Below, piece after piece: positions 9,155 to 18,212 of a stretch of 64,000 bases of DNA. The number at the start of each line of letters is the position of its first letter. Within the stretch, counting starts at the first letter, position 1. The stretch covers positions 3,742-67,741 of the IMG/VR virus record IMGVR_UViG_2773857811_000001. The stretch is one strand, 5' to 3'. The position numbers were made by a program, and so were the translations under genes. Origin of the DNA: a virus. Its lineage: Duplodnaviria > Caudoviricetes. Below the pieces are notes generated by a model. The model ran no database searches. It worked only from the letters and a program-made list of their open reading frames with translations, and was not told the DNA's origin.

Positions 9155-9186
9155 TCCTTTAAAGTTATTTTAAAGGAAGTTTTTTT

Positions 9187-9741
9187 ATGTCTTTATCCTT
9201 GCCTATCACAAAAATTGTGATCCATTGCTCCGCTACTCGTAACGGCAAGCAACTCCGAACAGTCAATCAAACCGCCGCTCAACGTATTAATGACTGGCAC
9301 GCCCAACGCGGCTTTAAACGCGACCCAATTTTAGTCAAAAAATTTAACCCACACCTGCAAAATATCGGCTATCACTTTGTGATTGACACAGACGGCACCG
9401 TCGAAACAGGCCGAATGGTTGGCGAAATTGGCGCGCACGTGAAAGGGCACAATCAACACTCGCTAGGCATTTGTCTTGTTGGGGGGATTACTCAGACAGG
9501 TAAAAGCCATGGCGAATATACCGAAAAACAATGGCTCGCCTTGCACAAATTATTGCAAAAACTAGAGAGCGAGCACCCTAGTGCACGCATTTGTGGACAT
9601 CGTGATTTAAGCCCAGACATCAACGGCGACGGCACAATCTCGCCGAGTGAGTGGATTAAAGACTGCCCTTGTTTTGATGTTTGGTCTTGGCTTGATTCCG
9701 AGCAAATTATCAATACAGAACACTTGTTTGAGGGGGAATAA
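9187..9741 (+). CDS. Endolysin, N-acetylmuramoyl-L-alanine amidase (Amidase_2)
   Basis: IVIHCSAT, IGYHFVI, GAHVKGHN, GHRD and KDCPCF motifs. Confidence 0.95.
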   Translation: MSLSLPITKIVIHCSATRNGKQLRTVNQTAAQRINDWHAQRGFKRDPILVKKFNPHLQNIGYHFVIDTDGTVETGRMVGEIGAHVKGHNQHSLGICLVGGITQTGKSHGEYTEKQWLALHKLLQKLESEHPSARICGHRDLSPDINGDGTISPSEWIKDCPCFDVWSWLDSEQIINTEHLFEGE

Positions 9742-9879
9742 ATGAGTGCATCATCCTATTCAATCTCCAAGAAAGGATTTTTTCGCGGTTGGGGATTAAG
9801 CAATAACGCAAAACGTAACCGTGCAATCAATGGCGGGTTTACTGCCGCACAATATCTCTACCTGTTATGGAGCTACTGA
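9742..9879 (+). CDS. Small basic hypothetical protein (45 aa)
   Basis: GAGGGGG SD; fills the gap between endolysin and holin exactly. Confidence 0.55.
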   Translation: MSASSYSISKKGFFRGWGLSNNAKRNRAINGGFTAAQYLYLLWSY

Positions 9880-10097
9880 TGATCTCACAACTCATTACTA
9901 ACGCCGATGGTCGCCTTTCGACTACGGCATTTATCCAGTTCTTTGGGGCGATCCTCATGGCTTGTATTTTGATTTATGCGGTATGGTTGGATCGTAGCTA
10001 TGTTAGCGAATTATTTACAACATTCGCGCTCTTTTGTGGCGGTGGAGCTGCGACAAAAGGGTTCGCGAATGCAATAAACCGTAGGGGGAATGAATGA
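9879..10097 (+). CDS. Putative holin (DUF2644-like), two TM helices
   Basis: LITN.DGRLSTT.FIQFFG; lysis cassette position. Confidence 0.75.
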   Translation: MISQLITNADGRLSTTAFIQFFGAILMACILIYAVWLDRSYVSELFTTFALFCGGGAATKGFANAINRRGNE

Positions 10098-10351
10098 CTC
10101 ATTATTTTGTGCTTGGTGTGCTTGGTGCGATTTTGGTAATCGGCGTTTATGTCACGGCAAAATTAAAAGCGGCAAATCGTAAAATTAACAATTTACTCAA
10201 AAAAAACGAAGCCTTACAAGCCGAAAAAGCCGTAGCAGAAACGAAAGTGAAACATTTTGAAGTGAGAAAGAAAAATGAAGAAGACAATCGTAGCACTAGC
10301 CGTGATGATGTCATTAACCGCCTGCAGCAATCGGGCGATCTCCGTGATTAA
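10094..10351 (+). CDS. Putative inner-membrane spanin (DUF2681-like)
   Basis: N-terminal TM helix followed by coiled coil. Confidence 0.7.
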   Translation: MTHYFVLGVLGAILVIGVYVTAKLKAANRKINNLLKKNEALQAEKAVAETKVKHFEVRKKNEEDNRSTSRDDVINRLQQSGDLRD

Positions 10352-10481
10352 TGCATCCTGTTCAGGGTTTTCAGTTATTACTGCAAGTCGCCAAGATACC
10401 ACGGAAACATTGCGTCAAATTGCGGTGCACAATGCAACGTATCGCGATATATGCGAAAAGGAATCAAAAAAGAATGAATGA
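10275..10481 (+). CDS. Putative outer-membrane spanin lipoprotein
   Basis: Signal peptide with LTAC lipobox; overlaps the 3' end of the i-spanin gene. Confidence 0.75.
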   Translation: MKKTIVALAVMMSLTACSNRAISVINASCSGFSVITASRQDTTETLRQIAVHNATYRDICEKESKKNE

Positions 10482-10689
10482 CATTGTTGATACGACCCAG
10501 CGAAGAGAAGAAATCATGTGGGAAAACTGGCAAAAACAACGTCAGGTCGTGCAAGAACACCATGTCCAACAGATAGAGGACAGATATTGTATTGATTGTG
10601 GAGAACGTATCCCGGCTGCACGTATAAAAGCCCAGCCAGACTGTGTGCGTTGTGTAGACTGCCAAATAGAAAAAGAGAAGGGACGTTGA
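10474..10689 (+). CDS. TraR/DksA C4 zinc-finger protein
   Basis: CIDCGERIP.AR......C.RCVDCQ. Confidence 0.88.
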   Translation: MNDIVDTTQRREEIMWENWQKQRQVVQEHHVQQIEDRYCIDCGERIPAARIKAQPDCVRCVDCQIEKEKGR

Positions 10690-11018
10690 TGTTAGAAATC
10701 ATTGAGTTTTTACAAAAGCATTGGTCGATTGTAATGGCGGTCGGCGGCATTGTGTGGACGTATTTCTGGTTGACAATGGACAGCAAGTACGCACGCAAAG
10801 CCGATGTAGCGGACTTGCGCAAGGCCATTGATAACAACGAAAAAAGCCTATCTGAAATGAAAGGAGAATTACGCCATTTACCTACGTCGCAAGATGTGTC
10901 GGAATTGCGGATTTTGATTACAGAGATGAAAGGCAAAAGCGATGTGTTAAGCACGAATATAAAAACCTTAAATCATCAAGTGGCTTTATTAATTGAAAAG
11001 GAAGTGAGTAAAGAATGA
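10689..11018 (+). CDS. DUF2730-like (Mu gp25-like) membrane protein
   Basis: N-terminal TM, coiled coil, HLPT motif, synteny. Confidence 0.75.
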   Translation: MLEIIEFLQKHWSIVMAVGGIVWTYFWLTMDSKYARKADVADLRKAIDNNEKSLSEMKGELRHLPTSQDVSELRILITEMKGKSDVLSTNIKTLNHQVALLIEKEVSKE

Positions 11019-11308
11019 GTAAAGATATTTTTACCAAAGACCAACGCCTTGTGATTTTGCGATCCCTTGTGGAAGCCGGTTATGACGCGAACGAATCAAT
11101 TTTAGATGATTGTTTGGCGTTATACGGACATAAAATCAGCCGTGATTTGGTGCGCACCCATTTAAATTGGCTGGAAGAACAAGGCTTGGTGAAAATTGAG
11201 CGTTTAGGCAATGGCTTTATGATTGCGACTATTACTCAACGCGGTGTTGATGTGGCAAATGGCGAAGCCGTTGTGGACGGTGTGAAACGCCCTTCTCCGA
11301 AACTTTAA
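11015..11308 (+). CDS. Mu gp26-like winged-helix protein
   Basis: RLVILR.L...WLEEQGLV...RG.DVA.G...VDGVKRP. Confidence 0.85.
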   Translation: MSKDIFTKDQRLVILRSLVEAGYDANESILDDCLALYGHKISRDLVRTHLNWLEEQGLVKIERLGNGFMIATITQRGVDVANGEAVVDGVKRPSPKL

Positions 11309-11330
11309 AGCACGTTTAAAGGCGGTTTAA

Positions 11331-11900
11331 ATGACAGAGAAAAATACGCGTGGGCGCGCCAGTAAAGTGGATTTATTGCCCCCGAACATTAAAACCCAGC
11401 TGGCGATGATGTTGCGCGATAAGCAGTTTTCACAGGCGGAAATATTAGAAGAAATCAATGATTTAATTCGTGATTGTGGACTGCCTGAAAGTGCCCTATT
11501 AAGTAAAACCGGATTAAATCGTTATGCCAGCCGAATGGAAAAGGTGGGGGCAAAAATACGACAGGCACGCGAAGTGGCAGAAGTATGGACGAAGCAATTT
11601 GGTGAAATGCCTCAAACAGATATTGGGAAAACAGTGATCGAGCTGGTGAAACACCTGGCCTTTGAAATGTCATCCCAATATGCAGAAAACGGCATTGCAG
11701 AACCAAAAGAATTAGCCATGTTGGCAGTAACTGTTCAGCGATTGGAATCGGCCGCTAATTTAAGCTATGAGCGTGAACATAAAATCCGTAAAGAAGTCGC
11801 CCAATTGGCGGCAGAAACAGCAGAAAAAGTAGCGGTGAAAGCGGGTTTATCGGCTGATGCAGTCGATGTGTTAAAGGCGAAAATTCTGGGAGTGGCTTAA
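11331..11900 (+). CDS. Terminase small subunit (gp27, DUF3486-like)
   Basis: GRASKVDLLP and LS.TGLNRY motifs; precedes the large subunit. Confidence 0.85.
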   Translation: MTEKNTRGRASKVDLLPPNIKTQLAMMLRDKQFSQAEILEEINDLIRDCGLPESALLSKTGLNRYASRMEKVGAKIRQAREVAEVWTKQFGEMPQTDIGKTVIELVKHLAFEMSSQYAENGIAEPKELAMLAVTVQRLESAANLSYEREHKIRKEVAQLAAETAEKVAVKAGLSADAVDVLKAKILGVA

Positions 11901-13444
11901 TGGATACTGTAAATAGCTCGGTGAAAAATCTGCCTGGTTTTATACCTTTCGATAAAAACGAAGTGCTGTTGGGCTATCAGAAACGCTGGATTGCCGATGA
12001 TAGTCCTTTAAAAATTGCGGAAAAATCGCGTCGAACTGGTTTGACTTGGGCGGAAGCAGCTGACGACGTGTTGATTGCAGGTAGAGCAAAGTCAGACGGT
12101 GGGTCTGACGTTTTTTATATCGGCTCTAACAAAGAAATGGCGCGCGAGTTTATTGATGCGTGCTCGATGTGGGCGGGTGTGTTTAACCAAGCAGCAGGCG
12201 AAATCAGCGAAGAAGTATTGAAGGACGAAGATAAAGATATTCTCACCTATGTGATTTATTTTGCTTCCGGTTTCAAAATTAAGGCCCTGTCCTCTAATCC
12301 GAAAAACTTGCGCGGTATGCAAGGGGTTGTGTGTATCGATGAAGCCGCATTCCATGAAAAGTTGGCCGAAGTATTAAAGGCTGCACTCGCGCTTACCATG
12401 TGGGGAGCAAAAGTGCGGTTGATTTCCACCCATAATGGCGTGGATAACCTGTTTAATCAGTTGATTCAAGACAGCCGTGCGGGGCGTAAAAGCTATTCAA
12501 TTCATACGATCACCCTTGATGATGCCTGTTCGGAAGGCTTATATCGGCGAATTTGTCAGGTGAGTAAGCAGGAATGGAGCCAAGAGAAAGAAGCCGCCTG
12601 GAAAGCTGGGTTATTACGAGAAACAGCGACAGAAGATGATGCACTAGAAGAATACTACTGTGTACCAAAGAAAAGCTCGGGCGGTTATATTCCGCGCCCG
12701 CTTGTTGATCGTGCAGCCGACTCAACAAAAGTCGTCCTAAAATTTGAGTGTGACGACAAGTTTATCACCTACTCGGAAGAAGAACGGCAAGTCTTGACCT
12801 TGGAATGGCTACTTAAAGACGTGTTGCCTCATTTGAATGCCTTAAATCCAGATTTGCGCCATAGTTTTGGCGTGGACTTTGCGCGCAGCGGCGACTTGAG
12901 CGTGTTTGCGGTGTGTGCATGTCAGCCTAGCACGGCGCGGGAAATTGAACTCACGCTGGAAATTCGCAATTGTCCTTACGACCAACAAAAACAAATTATG
13001 TTTTTTTTGTTACCCAAATTACCACGTTTTATTGGGTCGTCATTCGATGCGACGGGTAACGGGGGCTATTTGGCAGAAAGTGCCTTGTTACGATATGGCG
13101 CAAGCATGGTGGAAACGGTGCAACTCAATGATAAATGGTATCGAGAATGGATGCCGAAATACAGGGCATTGTATGAAAGCGAGCTGATTAAAATCCCTCG
13201 CGATGAAGACATTATTTTAGACCAAGGACATATTGTGGTGATTAATGGCGTGCCGAAAATCGACAAAGCACGCAGCAACGGCAAGTCTGGCAAACGCCAT
13301 GGCGATAGCGCGGTGGCGTATTGTATGGCGGTACGCGCGAGTTTTATGACGGGGGGCGAGATTGAATTTACGCCCCTACCGAGCAAACACCCGGAAGCGG
13401 ACGACGAATTCGATGACTTTATTACGCACGACTGGGATTTTTGA
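11900..13444 (+). CDS. Terminase large subunit (gp28)
   Basis: EKSRRTGLTW, IDEAAFH, GVDFAR, DATGNG and HGD motifs. Confidence 0.95.
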   Translation: MDTVNSSVKNLPGFIPFDKNEVLLGYQKRWIADDSPLKIAEKSRRTGLTWAEAADDVLIAGRAKSDGGSDVFYIGSNKEMAREFIDACSMWAGVFNQAAGEISEEVLKDEDKDILTYVIYFASGFKIKALSSNPKNLRGMQGVVCIDEAAFHEKLAEVLKAALALTMWGAKVRLISTHNGVDNLFNQLIQDSRAGRKSYSIHTITLDDACSEGLYRRICQVSKQEWSQEKEAAWKAGLLRETATEDDALEEYYCVPKKSSGGYIPRPLVDRAADSTKVVLKFECDDKFITYSEEERQVLTLEWLLKDVLPHLNALNPDLRHSFGVDFARSGDLSVFAVCACQPSTAREIELTLEIRNCPYDQQKQIMFFLLPKLPRFIGSSFDATGNGGYLAESALLRYGASMVETVQLNDKWYREWMPKYRALYESELIKIPRDEDIILDQGHIVVINGVPKIDKARSNGKSGKRHGDSAVAYCMAVRASFMTGGEIEFTPLPSKHPEADDEFDDFITHDWDF

Positions 13445-13454
13445 GGATTAGATA

Positions 13455-15014
13455 ATGCAAAGCAGAATTTTAGATATCCACGGCAAGCCGTTTGTATTTG
13501 ACGATGCGTTACAAACGGAAAATGACAGCCGTTTGGCGTGGCTTACGCGTACCTATAGCGAGCATCCGACCAGCGGACTGACACCTGCAAAAGCGGCACG
13601 CATTTTACGCGCCGCCGAGGTTGGCGATTTGGTCGCACAGGCGGAACTCGCGGAAGATATGGAAGAAAAAGACGCGCATTTGCAATCAGAACTGGGCAAA
13701 CGCCGTAGTGCGCTGTTGACTGTAGATTGGAAGATTGTGCCACCGCGCAATGCGACACCGGAAGAACAGCGTGATGCGGATTGGTTGACGGATATGTTGC
13801 TGGATGCCACTTGGTTGGACGATTGTATTTTTGATGCTACCGATGCAATTTTAAAAGGCTATTCTTGCCAAGAAATCCTGTGGGAGCCGGAACTAATTGG
13901 CGGCTTGAAGCTGATTAAATCTGTGCAATGGCGCGATCCCTCTTGGTTTATGACCCCGACCTTTGAGCGTAATACCCTACGGCTACGCGATGGTTCGGTG
14001 GACGGTGTGCCATTGCAGCAATTCGGCTGGATTACGCATATTGCGAAAGCTAAGACCGGTTATTTGTCGCGCATCGGCTTAATACGGACATTGATTTGGC
14101 CGTTTATTTATAAAAACTATTCGGCGCGGGACTTCGCCGAGTTTTTAGAGATTTATGGTTTACCAATGCGCTTGGGTAAATACCCTGAAGGGGCAACGAA
14201 AGCGGAAAAAGATACGTTACTGCGCGCCGTGATGAGCATTGGGCATAACGCTGGCGGGATTATTCCGCGGGGGATGGAAATTGATTTTGAGCGCGCCGCA
14301 GAAGGCAATGCGACAGAATTTATGGCAATGATTGAGTGGGCAGAGAAATCCATGAGTAAAGCCATTTTAGGCGGCACGCTCACTAGTCAAGCGGACGGTG
14401 CAACCAGCACAAATGCACTAGGCAATGTGCATAATGATGTGCGTCTTGAGTTACGCAATAGCGATTTAAAACGCCTTGCAGCGACTTTAACACGCGATTT
14501 AATCTATCCGCTCTATGTGCTCAATACGCATGGATTACGCGATGTTAGACGCATCCCGCGTTTGGAATTTGATGTGTCGGAATCGGAAGATATTAATCAA
14601 TTTTCTGACGGCATTAATAAGCTGGTTGATATTGGCTTCCGTATTCCGACCCAATGGGCGCACGATAAGTTACAAATTCCGATGGCGGGCGAAAATGAAG
14701 CGGTACTGGAACGCAAAACGCAACCAAATTTTACCGCACTATCCGCACAAAATAAGCCAGGAATGGCGGTATTGTCGGTAAAACGCGATCACGAAGCTCT
14801 AGTCGATGAAATGGAACCGACTGCCGAGCAATATGAAGCGATTATGGATCCGTTATTGAAACCGGTGGTAGAAGCTTTGCAGCAAGGCGGTTATGAGTTT
14901 GCGCAAGAAAAAATAGCAACCCTATATGCGCAATTAAACGATAGTGAATTGGAGTCTATGATGACGAAAGCTATTTTTATTAGTGATTTATTGGGACGTT
15001 GCGATGCCAAATAA
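13455..15014 (+). CDS. Portal protein (gp29, DUF935)
   Basis: GLPMRLGKY and SKAILGGTLTS motifs. Confidence 0.93.
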   Translation: MQSRILDIHGKPFVFDDALQTENDSRLAWLTRTYSEHPTSGLTPAKAARILRAAEVGDLVAQAELAEDMEEKDAHLQSELGKRRSALLTVDWKIVPPRNATPEEQRDADWLTDMLLDATWLDDCIFDATDAILKGYSCQEILWEPELIGGLKLIKSVQWRDPSWFMTPTFERNTLRLRDGSVDGVPLQQFGWITHIAKAKTGYLSRIGLIRTLIWPFIYKNYSARDFAEFLEIYGLPMRLGKYPEGATKAEKDTLLRAVMSIGHNAGGIIPRGMEIDFERAAEGNATEFMAMIEWAEKSMSKAILGGTLTSQADGATSTNALGNVHNDVRLELRNSDLKRLAATLTRDLIYPLYVLNTHGLRDVRRIPRLEFDVSESEDINQFSDGINKLVDIGFRIPTQWAHDKLQIPMAGENEAVLERKTQPNFTALSAQNKPGMAVLSVKRDHEALVDEMEPTAEQYEAIMDPLLKPVVEALQQGGYEFAQEKIATLYAQLNDSELESMMTKAIFISDLLGRCDAK

Positions 15015-16347
15015 TAGCGATTTGGATATGGGCTATTTGTTGCGCCTTGAGCCGAAAATGGCGGTGGATTATTTAAAATCGAAAGGCTACAAGATTACGT
15101 GGAACTGGCAAGAACAGCTCGACGCCGCGCACGCGAAGGCCTTTACAGTAGCGAAAGCGACTAAAATGGACGTGTTGGAAACCTTGCGCCAAGCCACGGA
15201 AAACGCGGTGCAAAGCGGGATGTCTGAGCGTGATTTTATTAAACAGCTTGAACCTCAATTACGCGCTTTAGGTTGGTGGGGTAAGCAGGAAGTGACCGAC
15301 GAACTCGGACGAAAAACCGTGGTGCAATTAGGCAGTCCGCGCCGTTTGCGCACCATTTTACGCACCAATAAAATCACCGCTTACCACGCCGGACGCTATG
15401 CCGAGCAAATTGCCAACAGCGACGAACAACCCTATTGGCAGTATGTGGCGGTGCAAGATAGCCGCACGCGCCCAAGCCATATGGCATTACACGGCAAAGT
15501 GTATCGTTTTGATGATCCGATTTGGGATACCCTTTACCCGCCTAATGGCTGGGGCTGTCGCTGTCGTGTACGGGCATTGAGTTATTTTCAACTGAATAAT
15601 TTAGGGCTTTCGGTGGATGAAAGTAGCGGGCGCTTGCAAGAAGAATGGGCATTAGCCGGCACAGATCCGCTAAGTGGTGAAGAAACGCATAGCAAAATTA
15701 CGGTATTTAAAACCAATCAAGGCACAATTAAAACAGAGCCGGGTTGGAATTATAACGTGGGGCAAGCGGCGTTAGGCACAGATCGCGCGGTGATTCGTAA
15801 GTTGTTGCAGGTGCAAAACCGTGATTTGCGCCAACAGACTATTCAAGCCATTAACAATAGCGAAGCTCGGCATAAGGCGTTTGCGGATTGGGTGAAAGCG
15901 ATGTTGTCGAAGGATAAGCACGACAATAAATATATGACGGTTGGAATAATTGGTTCAGATATTGCTGAAAAGGTGACTGAAATATCCAATGGAAATAAAA
16001 CAACCGAGCAATTATTGGTGATGACTGAGCGGAATTTTACTCACGCTAATAGCCCTAAACATAGAGAAAAAGGAGTTGCATTATCCGAGGAGGATTTTGC
16101 GTCGCTGCCTCAAATCATTGCGCAACCTTTAGTGATTGTATGGGATAAAAAACACAATAACTTAATTTATGTGAATCAAGCTAAAACCATTAAAGTGGTT
16201 GCGGAGCTTTCACCACGCGACAAAAAGGTTAGATTTGAGCCCAAAGAAAAACTTGACGCCGTAATTAATACTTACAAGTTAGATTATGGTGATTTTGTTG
16301 GGAAAGTGAAAAAAGGCGATTATGTCATCATCAAAGGAAGTCTATAA
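15004..16347 (+). CDS. MuF head morphogenesis protein with about 190-aa C-terminal extension (putative nuclease toxin)
   Basis: MuF core D.RTRPSH...PPNGWGCRC...GWNYNVG; extension THANSPKH....LSEEDFASLPQIIAQP..IVWD....NLIY. Confidence 0.88.
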   Translation: MPNNSDLDMGYLLRLEPKMAVDYLKSKGYKITWNWQEQLDAAHAKAFTVAKATKMDVLETLRQATENAVQSGMSERDFIKQLEPQLRALGWWGKQEVTDELGRKTVVQLGSPRRLRTILRTNKITAYHAGRYAEQIANSDEQPYWQYVAVQDSRTRPSHMALHGKVYRFDDPIWDTLYPPNGWGCRCRVRALSYFQLNNLGLSVDESSGRLQEEWALAGTDPLSGEETHSKITVFKTNQGTIKTEPGWNYNVGQAALGTDRAVIRKLLQVQNRDLRQQTIQAINNSEARHKAFADWVKAMLSKDKHDNKYMTVGIIGSDIAEKVTEISNGNKTTEQLLVMTERNFTHANSPKHREKGVALSEEDFASLPQIIAQPLVIVWDKKHNNLIYVNQAKTIKVVAELSPRDKKVRFEPKEKLDAVINTYKLDYGDFVGKVKKGDYVIIKGSL

Positions 16348-16348
16348 A

Positions 16349-16423
16349 TGGCGGCGGAAAGGAATCGAACCTATATACTCAGCACTTTTGTGCCTGATGC
16401 TTACCCTTAGCAAACGCACCGCC
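16349..16423 (-). ncRNA. tRNA-like small RNA (non-canonical cloverleaf, 75 nt)
   Basis: GGCGGTG/CGCCGCC stem, TGCT-AAGGGTA-AGCA D-like arm, TCAGGCAC-AAAA-GTGCTGA arm, AGG-TTCGATT-CCT T arm, GCCA end. Confidence 0.65.
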
Positions 16424-16440
16424 ATTTATGAGATTGGTTC

Positions 16441-16469
16441 AATCTACGCCCGATGTGTGTAAAAGTCAA
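16441..16469 (-). promoter_or_regulatory. Sigma70 promoter driving the tRNA-like RNA
   Basis: TTGACT (16469-16464), 17-nt spacer, TAGATT (16446-16441). Confidence 0.7.
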
Positions 16470-16489
16470 ATTTTAAACGGAAAAAGATT

Positions 16490-16927
16490 ATGCACCTTGA
16501 TTTTAAATTCGATGCGAAAGCCATTCAGAATAAATTTCGTAAGTTGCAAGAAGCGGCGAAATCGGAGGGCTTAACTCGTAAGGTTGCCAATGTGTTATGG
16601 CAAGAAAGTGAACAGGCCTTTGATGAAGAGCGCACACCGGAAGGCGAGAAATGGGCAGCATTGCACCCGAAAACCAAGCAATCGAGAGAAAATCGCGGTT
16701 ATGATGGCAAAATCTTACAGGTGCGCGGGGATTTGGTGGCGAGTTTAAACTTAGATTATGGCGACAGTTTCGCAATGATTGGCGCAGCAGAGCCTTATGG
16801 TCAATACCACCAAAGCGGCACAAAATCTATGCCTGCACGACCTTTCTTAGGATTGGGTCAGAGCGGTCAAAAAGAAATTCAACAAATTATTGCCGACCGC
16901 TTTAAAGATGTATTTTCTGATACATAG
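16490..16927 (+). CDS. Virion morphogenesis protein (Mu gpG-like)
   Basis: P.G.KW..L, Y...HQ.G and MPARPFLG motifs. Confidence 0.9.
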   Translation: MHLDFKFDAKAIQNKFRKLQEAAKSEGLTRKVANVLWQESEQAFDEERTPEGEKWAALHPKTKQSRENRGYDGKILQVRGDLVASLNLDYGDSFAMIGAAEPYGQYHQSGTKSMPARPFLGLGQSGQKEIQQIIADRFKDVFSDT

Positions 16928-16929
16928 CA

Positions 16930-17045
16930 AAAAGCGCCATAAAATCGCCATAGACGCATTTTAAAAATTTATGGTAAAGTTTATCGAGTTAAAAAATTTA
17001 AACGCCCTTAAACGTATTTAAACGCCCCTTAAACGATTTTATAAA
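16930..17045. other. AT-rich central intergenic region with phased TTAAACG repeats, candidate strong gyrase site
   Basis: TTAAACG at 16998, 17008, 17018 and 17029; lies between G and I near the prophage midpoint, as the Mu SGS does. Confidence 0.55.
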
Positions 17046-17097
17046 ATCCTTTCTTGCTCAGGTGTATTTCTTTTTCAGAAATGCGCCTTTTTTATTC

Positions 17098-17141
17098 CTG
17101 ATCTACCACAAACCCACAAAATCCCCTCCTTACATCATTAT
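17098..17141 (+). promoter_or_regulatory. Candidate late head-operon promoter with activator box CTGATCTACCACAAA
   Basis: Matches 9112-9126; CATTAT -10 at 17136-17141. Confidence 0.55.
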
Positions 17142-17147
17142 AGCGCC

Positions 17148-18212
17148 ATGAACGCGAAGATGACCCCATTGGCGGTTTTGACCGCCCAACTTACCCCTAC
17201 CCCAGACGGCTGGCAGCAACTGTTACCTAAAGGCGAGTTTCGCTCACGGGATGGTTCGCCTACCGATGTGGCGCATTGGTTTTTAGATGAAGCCATTGCG
17301 AGCCGCTTAATTGACTTGGTGCGCAATTTAAAACAAGACGTGCTCGTGGACTACGAACATGAGTCTTGGTTTAAGGCGAAACAGGGCAAGGAGGCGGGCG
17401 CTGTGTTGGCGGCAGGTTGGTTTAATGCTGATGAAATGCGTTGGTTTGATGATGAACAACGTCAAGGCTTATTTATTAAGCCGCGCTGGACACCGAAAGC
17501 CTACGAACACATTAAAAATGGGGAGTTCGCGTTTTTGAGTGCGGTGTTCCCTTACGATGAACAAGGCATACCGCTGGAAATCCGAATGGCGGCGTTGACC
17601 AATGATCCTGGTGTGACAGGCATGCAGCGGTTGGCGGTGCTTTCGGCAAATTTACCCACACAGGAGAACGGACGAATGGATCTGTTGAAACAGTTGTTGG
17701 CGAAACTCGGTATTGAGATTGCCGAAGGCGCGGAGCCGACAGATGAACAAACGCAACAAGCCAAAGATGCATTAGATGCCCTAATCAATGGCAAGAAAGA
17801 CGCGGAAGAACAAGTGGCAACTTTGAGTGCGAAAGCCACTCAAGTGGATTTAAGTCAATATGTACCGAAAGCGACCTATGACGCAATGGCAAGTCAAGTG
17901 GCAGTGCTATCCGCGCAAAGTACGGAAACACAAATCGAACAGATGGTGACACAGGCGCGCAATGACGGTCGTGCGATGAAGGCGGAAGAAGATTACTTGA
18001 AAGCCTTCGGGAAACAACAAGGTTTAGCGGCGTTGTCGGCAATGTTAGATAGCCGTCCGAAAATTGCGGCGTTAAGTGCACAGCAAACCACACAGGTTAC
18101 CGCGACAAAAGCAGAAAAAGGCACTGCCGTGTTAAGTGCTGCCGATAAAGAAGCAGCGAAATTATTGGGTATTTCTGAACAAGATTACGCAAAAGAACTG
18201 GAGGCGAAATAA
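17148..18212 (+). CDS. Prohead protease (Mu gpI)
   Basis: VDYEH, AAGW, LSAVF and ALTN.P motifs. Confidence 0.93.
   Translation: MNAKMTPLAVLTAQLTPTPDGWQQLLPKGEFRSRDGSPTDVAHWFLDEAIASRLIDLVRNLKQDVLVDYEHESWFKAKQGKEAGAVLAAGWFNADEMRWFDDEQRQGLFIKPRWTPKAYEHIKNGEFAFLSAVFPYDEQGIPLEIRMAALTNDPGVTGMQRLAVLSANLPTQENGRMDLLKQLLAKLGIEIAEGAEPTDEQTQQAKDALDALINGKKDAEEQVATLSAKATQVDLSQYVPKATYDAMASQVAVLSAQSTETQIEQMVTQARNDGRAMKAEEDYLKAFGKQQGLAALSAMLDSRPKIAALSAQQTTQVTATKAEKGTAVLSAADKEAAKLLGISEQDYAKELEAK
17676..18212 (+). CDS. Scaffold protein (gpZ-like) from an in-frame internal start
   Basis: AGGAGA at 17662-17667 before in-frame ATG 17676; same arrangement as Mu I/Z. Confidence 0.7.
   Translation: MDLLKQLLAKLGIEIAEGAEPTDEQTQQAKDALDALINGKKDAEEQVATLSAKATQVDLSQYVPKATYDAMASQVAVLSAQSTETQIEQMVTQARNDGRAMKAEEDYLKAFGKQQGLAALSAMLDSRPKIAALSAQQTTQVTATKAEKGTAVLSAADKEAAKLLGISEQDYAKELEAK

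Noticed and set aside
16349-16423. Canonical decoding tRNA gene
   Set aside because: The anticodon-position loop is 4 nt, the T-stem has a mismatch, and spacing to CCA is 2 nt short. It is reported as a tRNA-like RNA instead.
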